A DNA stretch of 63,967 nt, the filler included, from a bacterium (GTDB lineage: Bacteria > JACRDZ01 > JAQUKH01), in assembly GCA_028719205.1 (NCBI GenBank). It is 4 parts of 4 records of this genome, joined end to end, with 100 filler letters (N's around TTAATTAATTAA, not from the genome) between each part and the next. Parts side by side here need not be neighbours in the genome. Positions count along the whole stretch, not along the records: positions 18,583 to 35,999 come from JAQUKH010000042.1; positions 36,100 to 53,110 come from JAQUKH010000043.1; 2 more parts are not named here. One strand, 5' to 3'. Numbering within the stretch: the first letter of the stretch is position 1; every line of letters starts with the position of its first letter. Position numbers and translations under genes: made by a program. This document shows, piece by piece, positions 26,583 to 36,823 of the stretch. The notes beneath the pieces are model-generated. The model made no database searches. It was not told the DNA's origin and saw nothing but the letters and a program-made list of their open reading frames with translations.

Positions 26583-29435
26583 CTATTTTGCACCATACTT
26601 ATGACAGAGACGGCATGTCGCATTATCGTCTCTTTCAGGTATAGTCGGCACCTTATTCCATAAACCAGTTGTACCAAAAGTACCGCTTATAGTCGCGCTA
26701 TCACCTTCCAGTATCATCGCGCCCATCTTTGAATCGGCATTATGTACTGTATGGCAACCGTCGCAATTCATTCTGCCTCCCGCATAGTTAGCCGGGGCAA
26801 TTTCCTGTCCATTATTATAGGCAAATTTACTTGTAGTAATATTTACCGCATCACCTTCCAGTTTAGTAATCTTATATGAAAGATTACCCGAATCAAATGC
26901 CGCACCTGATGTATCTGCGCTCATTAGATGCGTAAATGTGGTATCACCCACAGTTACCTCTGGAATATGGCAACGTTTGCACATATATGAATCTACGTTA
27001 GGAGCTAACAGTAATCTGGATATCTTAGGATTATCTGCTACACCAACACCACTGTTATGAGCAACATGACATCCCTGACAGCTAATTACATATTCACCAG
27101 TTGCCGTAGTTCCATAATGGCCCTTCTGGCCTGAACCTGAACTGTCTGTGCTAGCCCAGTATCTTCCGATAAATCCAGCTGTGTCTAACCATCTATCTTT
27201 GGCCTCACCTGTACCGCCAACTGAACCTCTTCTGCGGTCTATCGTAGTTAATATCGCACCAGAAGCACCGTTACGGTCTATATTTCTTTCACCTAACCAG
27301 CAGCTATCTGCTGTATTTATTGTTGGCCGTGTACCTGAGAACTGGCCAATGTAATGACTGCCTAATCTTGTACTATCAGTTCCTGCAGCAGTTATACCAT
27401 ACGCATTAGGTGCGGAGGTAGTATCTCCAGCTGAAGTATATCCCCTCTTGTTTGTATAATTCCACCAAGGTGTACCGGTAGCACCGGCGCCTTCAATGTA
27501 GTAATAGCTTGGGTTTGCATCTGTTTCACCATTTGCTGACCCGCTGCCTCTACCATATTTCCAGGCAGCCGCCTTACTTCCACCCAATCCGCCTGTACCA
27601 TTTCCTGATACGTAAACAGTATCTCCCGGAGTATGGCAGTTAACACATATCTGAGAGAATGGAGTCTGATAATCGGCTAACAGAGGTTTTTCAACACCTT
27701 TATGCGCCTTATGACAGCTCCAGCATGAAATGTACTCAGCAGTTGTACCTTTATTAAACGTTTTTAGACCAGCTCTGTTCGGGAACTTAATGTTTCCATT
27801 ACCTTCCGCATCACCTGTTACCAGGGTTGCAGCTGGGCCTGACGGATGTGTAGTCCAATCTGTGAAATACGCTGTGTCAGCGCCTGTTCCAACAGCTACG
27901 TCGCTATGACAACCATCACAGAAAGTTGTATCACTTCTACCGGCCAAATTACGTTCCATACCTCTCTTTAAGATAGGGCTGTTTATGGCCGCCTGATGCG
28001 GTTCATGACAGCTTAAACAGGTTAAGTACTTACCATCTGTTGTCCTGTCTGTATTTTGAGTATGGGTCGGATTACCGGTAACACCCCTTATTCCACCGGA
28101 TTCTCTGTATTTCAACCATTGACTTGGCGGATACCTAATATCCATTGAACCAAATTCCGGTTCTGACGCTATGTTGTCAAGTGTTCCAACACCCACTACG
28201 CCACTTGTCTCCGGCGGATATTTATCTACCGGATGAGCAAACGCGTTCGTAGATTGTAAAGTATTGTCCAAATCAGGTGTCAAACCATGGCACCATTCAC
28301 AAAGGATATTCTCTTCGTGTGTTGCCGGCAAGACAAACACTGTCTCACTCTTAAATGGAAACTCACTCTTAGTCGGCGCAAACCCAGGCGCAGCGTCTGC
28401 GAAACTCCAAGCATTATCAACAGCTAACAACGGGCCTACATGTAATTCTGTAGTAGCCGAATCATGGTAGGTATCATCGTCTGTGTGCATTACACCGTGA
28501 GGCATATGACAGCTCTGGCATATCAAATCATTGCCGTAAGTCCTTGCACCCAGAAAAACAGCTGTAGTACCAATGGCCCAACCGGAATCCCAAATAGCTC
28601 TACCGGCTCTGTTGCCTGATACTAAGTTTGTCGAACCATAAAAATTTCTGAACATATAAACTTCATCTCTTACCGCTCCAGGATTACCTGTAAATGAAGC
28701 AGTATCGGCACGACCCGAGGAAACCGGATGAGTACCATAACCACCAATGTTATTCGAGCTTGTATCAGCTTCACGATTTATATGGCAATAAGAACAAAAA
28801 TTCTTATTATTTGCAGGGCCATTCTCATTATATACCGGAGCCCTTAAGAATTTTCTTTTCGCAAGCCCATATACTGCATCTGATCCAAATGCGATCGGAT
28901 TCCAATCATGAGGATTGTGGCAAGAAGAACATTCTATGTCCTTGTCAGGTTTCGCGCCGGCAGCCCAGCTGCTGGTCCATGGCCAATCATTAGAGATCGC
29001 GCTGTCCAGATTCGTATTCTGGAGTGTTGCGCTCTGGTGCGAGCTTCTTGTCCCGAAAACCGGATGTGAATCCATGTGAGTATTTTTCAGCGGTGTAACT
29101 AATGGATCTAATGTTGCAAAAATCTCATTATTTACGTCCATATTAGGATAGTTCAAATAACCGCTACCCACATGACACTTTGAACATAAGGAACCTACAA
29201 CACCATATTTTAATTTTTCTTCTTCGTTCGCCAATGGAAACAACCTGTCACCTTTGGATGAATGCGGTACATGACAATATGCACATATACCCGCTTTATC
29301 CTTGGAAGTGATGTTGAGCCAAGAGACGAGATCATGCGGACTTCCCGTGATCGCCGCAGATACCCCGCTTGCTTTCAGCAGGCCCAAGCCCACAATCAAA
29401 AGCAAACTTACAAGTAGCTTCTTTGTTACGTTCAT
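26583..29435 (-). CDS. 14-heme OmcE-like cytochrome c, paralog 1 (950 aa, G/S/T/A-rich)
   Basis: Signal peptide; ITGSPHDL..ICAYCHVPH..LCSKCH..HP..ECSSCHNPH..FLR..FCSYCH follows the OmcE tetraheme pattern, then five more diheme units. Confidence 0.9.
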   Translation of the reverse strand: MNVTKKLLVSLLLIVGLGLLKASGVSAAITGSPHDLVSWLNITSKDKAGICAYCHVPHSSKGDRLFPLANEEEKLKYGVVGSLCSKCHVGSGYLNYPNMDVNNEIFATLDPLVTPLKNTHMDSHPVFGTRSSHQSATLQNTNLDSAISNDWPWTSSWAAGAKPDKDIECSSCHNPHDWNPIAFGSDAVYGLAKRKFLRAPVYNENGPANNKNFCSYCHINREADTSSNNIGGYGTHPVSSGRADTASFTGNPGAVRDEVYMFRNFYGSTNLVSGNRAGRAIWDSGWAIGTTAVFLGARTYGNDLICQSCHMPHGVMHTDDDTYHDSATTELHVGPLLAVDNAWSFADAAPGFAPTKSEFPFKSETVFVLPATHEENILCEWCHGLTPDLDNTLQSTNAFAHPVDKYPPETSGVVGVGTLDNIASEPEFGSMDIRYPPSQWLKYRESGGIRGVTGNPTHTQNTDRTTDGKYLTCLSCHEPHQAAINSPILKRGMERNLAGRSDTTFCDGCHSDVAVGTGADTAYFTDWTTHPSGPAATLVTGDAEGNGNIKFPNRAGLKTFNKGTTAEYISCWSCHKAHKGVEKPLLADYQTPFSQICVNCHTPGDTVYVSGNGTGGLGGSKAAAWKYGRGSGSANGETDANPSYYYIEGAGATGTPWWNYTNKRGYTSAGDTTSAPNAYGITAAGTDSTRLGSHYIGQFSGTRPTINTADSCWLGERNIDRNGASGAILTTIDRRRGSVGGTGEAKDRWLDTAGFIGRYWASTDSSGSGQKGHYGTTATGEYVISCQGCHVAHNSGVGVADNPKISRLLLAPNVDSYMCKRCHIPEVTVGDTTFTHLMSADTSGAAFDSGNLSYKITKLEGDAVNITTSKFAYNNGQEIAPANYAGGRMNCDGCHTVHNADSKMGAMILEGDSATISGTFGTTGLWNKVPTIPERDDNATCRLCHKYGAK

Positions 29436-29444
29436 TTCCCCCTC

Positions 29445-30560
29445 CTATTTTGTTTTTTTGGTCAAATATCGAAAAACCTTGACGTGGGATCCTTTTCTAT
29501 CGTTACAACTTATATAAATTAAATTATCACGATCAATACTTATAGCATTAAGTATCGGAACATTAAGCTTTGCACCGTTCTCATCGCAAAGCGCGTATAG
29601 AAAGGTGCCTTCTTTTGAAAATACCTGTATTACACTATTCCCCCTGTCGCTTACATAAAGCCGTTCTAATTTATCGATCGCCAGTCCGTTTGGCGCGTTA
29701 AACCCTCCAGCCCCGTCACCCATATATCCAAAACTGCCTAAATAATTACCCTTGGCGTTAAACCTATGCACCCTGCAGATCAAAGGGTCTATCACATAAA
29801 CTTCATCCAAACTATTAAACTTGGGATGCCCCGGCGTAAGCACAGCCAATTCCTCTCCCTTTTTATTTTTAAATTTAGTGATCTGGTATTTATACTTGCC
29901 GTTCATATCGTTGATCTGTATTCTGCCATTTCCGCTATCGGTTACATAAATATCCCCGCGGCTGTTAACAGCAACACCCGAAGCCCCCTGGCCGGGCAAA
30001 TTTTTCTGTAAACTATCCTGTAATCTGACGGAAAAAAGATATTTCCCTTCAGGGCTGAATATCTTAACTCCATTTTCACTCCAATCCACCACATAAATAT
30101 TGCCTTTTGCATCAGTCGTAATATCCATCAAGCCGCCGATTTTAGACACATTTTCCGCATCATATTCTTTCCTTCTTTCTCTTTCCTCTTCGGGGTCAGC
30201 ATTAGTCCTGACCCTATAACCGGCTTTTTGTCCCCCAAAACGAAATAATAAATCCCCCGCTTGGTTAAACGCCAATATCTCACGCGTCGATGAATCTGCG
30301 ACATAAATAACTTTTTGATCCGGAGAGAAAACAACCTGGGCCGCCAGCGAGAACATTCCAATCCCAATTTCCTTGACTAATTCCACCGCCTGATAACTTG
30401 CCGGAATAACCTTGGCTTCTTCATCGGGATTTGTAACAATAATGCTTGTCTCGGTTAAAGCCGCACCACCTGTTGTTTCCTGAGCGAAATTGGCCACGCT
30501 GAAAACAGCCGTGATAAAGCCAATAACCAAAAGAAATGAAACAATTTTCTTTAAAAACAT
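29445..30560 (-). CDS. NHL-repeat beta-propeller, exported
   Basis: GVAVNSRGDIYVTDSGNGRIQ, FNAPNGLAID.L.RLYVSDRGN. Confidence 0.9.
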   Translation of the reverse strand: MFLKKIVSFLLVIGFITAVFSVANFAQETTGGAALTETSIIVTNPDEEAKVIPASYQAVELVKEIGIGMFSLAAQVVFSPDQKVIYVADSSTREILAFNQAGDLLFRFGGQKAGYRVRTNADPEEERERRKEYDAENVSKIGGLMDITTDAKGNIYVVDWSENGVKIFSPEGKYLFSVRLQDSLQKNLPGQGASGVAVNSRGDIYVTDSGNGRIQINDMNGKYKYQITKFKNKKGEELAVLTPGHPKFNSLDEVYVIDPLICRVHRFNAKGNYLGSFGYMGDGAGGFNAPNGLAIDKLERLYVSDRGNSVIQVFSKEGTFLYALCDENGAKLNVPILNAISIDRDNLIYISCNDRKGSHVKVFRYLTKKTK

Positions 30561-30647
30561 CAGCTATCTCCTCTATTTTTGGATTATATCTTAAATGTTA
30601 TACCTTAAACACAAGAAAGTCAACTGAAAACTTGTTTATACAGGTAC

Positions 30648-31061
30648 TTAACTTTCAGCTTCATCTCTTGGTTGTTTTCTTCTTTCCACACCTTCCACCC
30701 TGGGTTCCATACTTTTAATAATATAAGCGGAAAATATATACGCGTCATAAATGCTGAAAGCGAGAAGTCCTAAATAAAGCGCGAGGGGAAGGTAACGGGA
30801 TACTCCTTGAGTTTTCGCGTATTCATACGCGATCGGGCCGACAAGATTCAGGTCATTTGCCTGGCGCAGGGCGTCATTATAATCCTGCTGTAAAAAAATG
30901 AACCATGTCAATAAGCCAATGGCCATAAGGATCATTATCAAAGACCTTATAACCTCCCTGTTATACGCCTGTCCCGCACCCGGGAAAAACAAGGACGCAA
31001 GCGCCGCGATAACCGGGCTTTTCTTTATTTTGCCTCGTTCCAGCCTCTGTCTCAATATCAT
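30648..31061 (-). CDS. Small membrane protein (TM2/DUF5683-like)
   Basis: KSPVIAALASLFFPGAGQAYN ... SIYDAY. Confidence 0.75.
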   Translation of the reverse strand: MILRQRLERGKIKKSPVIAALASLFFPGAGQAYNREVIRSLIMILMAIGLLTWFIFLQQDYNDALRQANDLNLVGPIAYEYAKTQGVSRYLPLALYLGLLAFSIYDAYIFSAYIIKSMEPRVEGVERRKQPRDEAES

Positions 31062-31091
31062 AGACCCTCTCTTTTTTTTAAAGCACCAAAG

Positions 31092-31120
31092 ATTTTATTA
31101 CAATATTTGTTTGTTGTCAA
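31092..31120 (-). promoter_or_regulatory. Internal sigma70-like promoter
   Basis: TTGACA-17bp-TAAAAT on the minus strand. Confidence 0.5.
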
Positions 31121-31142
31121 GAAATATTTCAAAATAAAAAAA

Positions 31143-32321
31143 CTATTCTTTTTTCTGTTCCATATTAGGATGGCAGCTCGGGCAAAGTTTTTCCACGGGT
31201 TTCCAAAATATGAATTTATTATCCGATCCATGCGGATTATGACAGCTGTAACAGACTATATTTTCTTTTTCATCAAGGAAGATACCTTTTTCAACCGCTA
31301 CCGGAGATCCGCTTGTCGGCTGCAGATCTGACGGATGCTTATGTTTTTTTATTTTCTCAATTATAGGAATATGACATTCTGTTTCCACGCATAACTTCGC
31401 GGGAGGCTGTCTTAAATTAAAAAGTTCGTCAGATTCATGGGGATGGTGACACCCGAGACAATCCCCGTCAGAAATAGCTTTATGAGGAACCAGAATCGCC
31501 CCGTCCTCAACAAAACTCTCCTTCCCGTTTTCATCTTTTATTGACTTCCATTTAACTTTTTTATCTAAATGGCACAAATAACACATCTTCGCCTTTCCGT
31601 CTTCCCACAGGACAAAATCATTTGTTGTCCCATGAGGGCTATGACATCCCATACAAAACAGTTTTTTAACCGCCGTATGCGCATTTGCCTTCATCGAACC
31701 TATTCCCTCATGGCAGGTCACACAAATCTGCCCTCCACCGTCAACTACCACCTTGTATCCGTTATTATATCCTTCCGGATCATGACAAGCGAGGCATGCG
31801 CCTTCACCGGCAGGCCCGTGCATATAGCCCCATTTCATAATATCCTTTTTATGGCATAAACTATAACACATCTTCCTGTCGGATTTCATAGGATCCATCG
31901 CGTGGCATTCTATACATTGTCCGTCTTTTTTACCGGTATGAAATATATAACTGCTGAATCCAGCGGGCCCAGTTGAATCATAAGTTTTTAAAACAAAAAA
32001 TTTATAATTTTTCAGGCTAAAAACCTCTAATTGTATTTTTTCTTTTACATCAATATCGCTTACCTCGATCTTATTTAATCCGTAATTTAAATTTAACGGA
32101 AAATGGAAATTCCCGTCGCGCGGATTCACAAAAGGCCCTTCTTCACCGTTAAGCCAGTAACGCAGTTTTTTAGCGTCTGTCTTTCCTACAATAAAGACCG
32201 TATTTGTAAAAATATAAATTTTTTTGTCAGGAGAAATAATCGTAATAGCAGCTTCGGATCTTGTCGGTAACGGAAAGAAATATATGCAGAAAACAAACAA
32301 AAATAATAAATTTTTTTTCAC
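31143..32321 (-). CDS. Ig-like domain plus ~10-heme cytochrome c (8 CxxCH, 1 CX3CH, 1 CX4CH)
   Basis: LNYGLNKIEV Ig motif; HGP..G.CLACHDPE repeats; CYSLCH, CVETECH. Confidence 0.88.
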   Translation of the reverse strand: MKKNLLFLFVFCIYFFPLPTRSEAAITIISPDKKIYIFTNTVFIVGKTDAKKLRYWLNGEEGPFVNPRDGNFHFPLNLNYGLNKIEVSDIDVKEKIQLEVFSLKNYKFFVLKTYDSTGPAGFSSYIFHTGKKDGQCIECHAMDPMKSDRKMCYSLCHKKDIMKWGYMHGPAGEGACLACHDPEGYNNGYKVVVDGGGQICVTCHEGIGSMKANAHTAVKKLFCMGCHSPHGTTNDFVLWEDGKAKMCYLCHLDKKVKWKSIKDENGKESFVEDGAILVPHKAISDGDCLGCHHPHESDELFNLRQPPAKLCVETECHIPIIEKIKKHKHPSDLQPTSGSPVAVEKGIFLDEKENIVCYSCHNPHGSDNKFIFWKPVEKLCPSCHPNMEQKKE

Positions 32322-32352
32322 CCAGTCCTTCCTCTATTTATCTCTATACTGT

Positions 32353-33072
32353 TTATTTGATCTCTTTGAGAAAAAACTTATCCTTGCCGCCGTGAGAATC
32401 ATGGCAATAAGAACATTCTTCTTTGTTGCTGTTCTTTAAATTAGCAAGATGTTCTGTTATTGACTCTTCTTCGTGGCACATATAACATATCTTGTTTTTA
32501 TTCTCGCGTAAAAATCTGACTTCTATTGAACCATGGGGATCGTGGCAGGCTGTACACGCGCCAGAACCTATGGGGCCATGAACAAATTTATTTTTTTCAA
32601 AACTGTCATGGCAATTAAAACAAATTACTTTTGAAACATCAACGGAAGGATATTTATCTTTCAATTCTTTGGTATGGCACTCAGAACATTCGTTATCCAG
32701 GATAGGCGCGTGTATTAAAACTTTCACATAATCACTTTGCGTGTTTTTTTTTTCTTTCTCGTATAAAATATTTATGGTCTGGGTCTCCGCTCCATTCACA
32801 ATTTTCAGTTCATTCACCCCTGAATTCAGCTTGATCTTATCAGTGAAAATATTTCCCTTTTCCAGCTTAATTGTATTAATTGAAGAATTATTTAACATTA
32901 ATTTTAATTCTTTATCACTTCCGGTATATTTACCTATAACAGGCAAATATTCCTGATCAAGTTCGAGCTTTTCGCCTTTAGGAAAAATAATATCAAGATT
33001 TTTGCCGCAAACACCATTACAATATATTAAGACATAAACTGCCAATACAATCCAAAAAGATCTTGTTTTCAT
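32353..33072 (-). CDS. Ig-like domain plus pentaheme cytochrome c
   Basis: LNSGVNELKI; 5 CxxCH. Confidence 0.88.
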   Translation of the reverse strand: MKTRSFWIVLAVYVLIYCNGVCGKNLDIIFPKGEKLELDQEYLPVIGKYTGSDKELKLMLNNSSINTIKLEKGNIFTDKIKLNSGVNELKIVNGAETQTINILYEKEKKNTQSDYVKVLIHAPILDNECSECHTKELKDKYPSVDVSKVICFNCHDSFEKNKFVHGPIGSGACTACHDPHGSIEVRFLRENKNKICYMCHEEESITEHLANLKNSNKEECSYCHDSHGGKDKFFLKEIK

Positions 33073-33097
33073 TTTATGATTAAGTCCTCTCTAACAC

Positions 33098-34336
33098 TTA
33101 TTTAGTCCGCTTTTGTAATTTTTCGATTATTCCCCTGTATTCATCGCTGGCTTTCTTTAATTCAACTAACGCCTCTTCTTTATTTCCTTCTTCAAGTAAA
33201 ATTTCACCCAGGTCATTATAGGCGTTCGCAAGGTTCGGATGCACTTCCCGCTTCTTTTTCATTCCCGCGAACAAATCTTTGCCTACATCCGCGAATAGTG
33301 AAATAGTTTTCTTGAATTCTGCCTTTGCGTCCTCTTTTTTGCCCTGTTTTCTATAAACCGCTCCCAACCCATAATGCGAGTCGCCTGATGCCGGATCTAA
33401 CTCCAGCGCTTTCTTAAATTCAGCAAAGGCATCATCAGGCATATTTTTTTTAAGGTTAAAAAAACCGTAATCAATATGAGGCTGGACTTCGTCAGGATTG
33501 ATCGATATCGCCGCGCTATATTCCACCAAAGCCTCTGCCATATTCCCTTGTTTATCATAAATGTTTGCCAGCATAATATGTGGTTTAACATAATTCGCGT
33601 CTGCCTCCGCGGATTTTTTCAACTTTATGACAGCGCTGTCAAACTCACCGTCTTTCAGGAACTTTTCCGCCATATTCATTTCCATCGCGGCATCTTTATT
33701 AGGCTTAAAAGTCCTCTTTATCGACATTTGCTTCGACTCATGAACCGCGGCTATCTCAATACCTAACGCCTTTTTCACGTTATCCTTAACATTATCCTCA
33801 CCTTTAAGAGGGCTCCACATAGGCATTAAATAGTCAATCTTGCCTTCTTTACTGATGATCATAAAAGATGGGAACGAAACAACTCCATACAATTTATATA
33901 CTGTCTGTTTTTGGTCTAAAAGAATAAGAAACGGATATTTTTTTTCTTCGAGCAATTTATTTATTTCCGCGATTTCAGTTTCGTTTACATCGCGGGGTTC
34001 CGGCGGAGTATAAACAGCTAAAACCTCCAAACCATTCTCTTTATTATACCAGCTATAAAGCTGAGCCAGCACATCCAGTTCTTTCACACTATCTTTAGAG
34101 GTCAGGTTCCAAAAACAAACAGCTACTGTATTTTTACCCTGATAATCAGTAATCGCGACACTTCCGCCTTTAAGATTACTTAAACTGAAATCCAATGCCT
34201 TTTCTCCCACACTCGCGTTCTGGATAGCATACGCGTTGTTAATGGCGTGTACGGAAGATGCAAAATAAACAGAGACAAATAAATTAAATATCAGTATCCA
34301 GAGATAATAAAACTTCATTTCATTTTTTTTCATCAT
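33098..34336 (-). CDS. Exported TlpA/redoxin-like plus TPR protein lacking CxxC
   Basis: GEKALDFSL.NLKG..V.ITDYQGK..VAVCFWNLTSKDS..EL; YGVVSFPS; C-terminal TPRs. Confidence 0.8.
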   Translation of the reverse strand: MMKKNEMKFYYLWILIFNLFVSVYFASSVHAINNAYAIQNASVGEKALDFSLSNLKGGSVAITDYQGKNTVAVCFWNLTSKDSVKELDVLAQLYSWYNKENGLEVLAVYTPPEPRDVNETEIAEINKLLEEKKYPFLILLDQKQTVYKLYGVVSFPSFMIISKEGKIDYLMPMWSPLKGEDNVKDNVKKALGIEIAAVHESKQMSIKRTFKPNKDAAMEMNMAEKFLKDGEFDSAVIKLKKSAEADANYVKPHIMLANIYDKQGNMAEALVEYSAAISINPDEVQPHIDYGFFNLKKNMPDDAFAEFKKALELDPASGDSHYGLGAVYRKQGKKEDAKAEFKKTISLFADVGKDLFAGMKKKREVHPNLANAYNDLGEILLEEGNKEEALVELKKASDEYRGIIEKLQKRTK

Positions 34337-34347
34337 ATCTCCTAATG

Positions 34348-35999
34348 TTAATACCAATTTTCTTCCGGTACAGGATTTTCACGGTCATAATCCCTGGGTT
34401 TATGACAACCAACTACACACCTTCCGCCTGTAGGTGTTTTTGTAAATTCAACTTTGTAATTCCAATACGGGCTAAACGGCACTTCTAAACGAATATGTTT
34501 TTCCTGAGTAGAAGCATGTACCTCATGGCACGCGCGGCAGGTACGCCCTTTTTTCTTATTAACATGTATATAATGCATATTCTTTTTCCCGTTCCTGAAA
34601 TCTGTTAAGGTCGCGGTAAAAGGATCCAGAACAACTGTTTTCTTATGGCATCCGAAACACAGGTCATATTTACTCTCTTCAAACGCGTCATAAAACGGTT
34701 TTGGGAAATCTTTCTGCAATATCTTTGTGAAATTAGAGCCATGCGGATTATGGCATGCTACACAATCGCCTTGTTTGACAGGGCCATGTTTTGAAGGTTT
34801 ATTAAATTCAATTTCTTTATCCTGGTGGCACATATAACACAATTTTTCGCCTTCGCGTAAAAGTTGATATTTGGTATCTGACGCGTGCGCGTCATGGCAT
34901 TTACTGCACTGGCCTTCAGCCACCGGAGGATGTTTCTCTTTGTTAGCCGCGAATTGTTCTTTCTTTTCTTTATGGCACATATAACATAAACTCGCCCCTT
35001 CATCCTTTAACTGATATTTAAAATCAGAGGTATGAGGATCATGGCAATCACCGCACTTTCTCTCCGCCACTGGTTTATGCACAAATTCTTTTTGCATGTC
35101 TTTGCCCTTAGCTTCATGACAGACAAAACAAAGTTCCGCGGGCGATTTTTCCAGCTGGAACTTATTCGGGGAGGCATGAGGGTTATGACATACGTTACAA
35201 TCGCCCGCGGCTACCGGGCCATGCACAAATTTCATATTAGCCTTGTTCCTTTTATGGCACATATAACACAATTCCGCGCCCAAACCGCGCAGTTGAAATT
35301 CCTGAGCTCCACCGTGAGGGTCATGACAGGCATTACAATCGCCGCCGCCGACCGGGCCATGAACAAACTGCTGGGCAAAATCCATTTCTTTATCGGTATG
35401 ACAACGGTAACATAAAGCGCTTCCCGTAACTACCAGAGAAAATTTATTAAAAGTTCCATGCGGGCTGTGGCAGCCTATACATGCCCCGTCACCTACCGGG
35501 CCGTGACTGTATACAAAGGCTTCAACACTTTTGTCAGTATGGCAGCCATCTGCCGGATTAATACAGGAGATCGTGCCTCTTAATAACCTTCCGGGATAAA
35601 CCCCTTTACTTTCCGATAAATCATGGCAGTCGTTACATATCTCCGCGCGGCCTTTGATCGGTTTATGATCAAAAAACTTTTTAAAGTCTCTCTGCACAAA
35701 ATCAGGAATAACAGTAGCGTCTTTTTTATAAAATATTTTCACGGAGGCTGTTCCTACGTCTTTATCTTTCGCAACGATCTTGATCTCATTCATTCCTTCC
35801 TTTAAAGCCACCGGGCCAAGAAATGTTCCTTTTAAAACATCAACTAATTTTGTAGGAGAATCATTTACCAATCTATTAACCTGAGTTACTGACGAGTCAT
35901 GGATCAAACCTACAATTCTCATCTCAGGAAATTCATATATAATATTTGTATTAGGAATCAGGATTTCAACATTAGAAGAAACTTCTGCATGACTATTTA
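34348..35999 (-). CDS. ~16-heme cytochrome c (14 CxxCH, CX6CH, CX3CH), 5'-partial
   Basis: Frame open to the contig end; HGPV..G.CxxCHxPH repeats; C-terminal FRNG..N.H..HV...KGRTCRACH...GG.CVVGCH. Confidence 0.9.
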
Positions 36000-36099
36000 N
36001 NNNNNNNNNNNNNNNNNNNNNNNNNNNNNNNNNNNNNNNNNNNTTAATTAATTAANNNNNNNNNNNNNNNNNNNNNNNNNNNNNNNNNNNNNNNNNNNN
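36000..36099. other. Artificial contig-join spacer
   Basis: N run-TTAATTAATTAA-N run. Confidence 0.98.
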
Positions 36100-36100
36100 C

Positions 36101-36823
36101 TATGCCGGCAATAACCCGCCTGTACTGCAAAATATAAATTTTACGATAAATCCCGGGGAGACCATCGCTCTGATGGGTAAGATCGGTACAGGGAAAACAA
36201 GCCTTGTCAATCTGATTCCCCATCTTTACGATGTTGAAGACGGAATGATCTTTATAGACGATGAAGATATAAATGACATCTCCCCGGCAACAATCCGTGA
36301 ACAAACAGGTTTCGTTCCGCAGGAGACATTTTTGTTTTCCGATACGATCAAAAACAATATTATCTACGGCAAAGATAACTTTTCTGACGACGGCCTGGTC
36401 GATAAAATAATAAAAACCGCGGGAATGGATAAAGAGATAGATCAATTTCAGGATAAATTCGAGACACTATTGGGTGAACGTGGCATTAACCTTTCCGGCG
36501 GTCAAAAACAGCGATTAGCCATTGCAAGGGCAATAATCACAAACCCTAATATCTTGATCTTTGATGATTGTTTTTCAAGCATGGATATTTCCACGGAAAG
36601 GCTGATCATGGAAAACTTAAGGGATGTTCTGAAAAATAGAACAACTATCATTATCAGCCACCGGACCTCAACGATCCGCATGGCTGACCGCATCATTGTT
36701 TTAGATCAAGGTCAAATTGCCGAACATGGAACACACGAAGAACTACTGGATAAAAAAGGGCTTTACGCTGAACTATATCATTTAGAAAAACTAAAAGAAG
36801 AACTGGAAAACGGCGGCCAATGA
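36101..36823 (+). CDS. ABC exporter subunit (MdlA-like), 5'-partial
   Basis: Frame open from contig start; GKIGTGKT, LSGGQKQR, degenerate Walker B FDDC. Confidence 0.9.
   Translation, partial: YAGNNPPVLQNINFTINPGETIALMGKIGTGKTSLVNLIPHLYDVEDGMIFIDDEDINDISPATIREQTGFVPQETFLFSDTIKNNIIYGKDNFSDDGLVDKIIKTAGMDKEIDQFQDKFETLLGERGINLSGGQKQRLAIARAIITNPNILIFDDCFSSMDISTERLIMENLRDVLKNRTTIIISHRTSTIRMADRIIVLDQGQIAEHGTHEELLDKKGLYAELYHLEKLKEELENGGQ

Noticed and set aside
18583-35999. Diversity-generating retroelement or DNA-level repeats among the cytochrome paralogs
   Set aside because: The similarity is protein-level paralogy; I saw no reverse transcriptase and no adenine-specific TR/VR pair.
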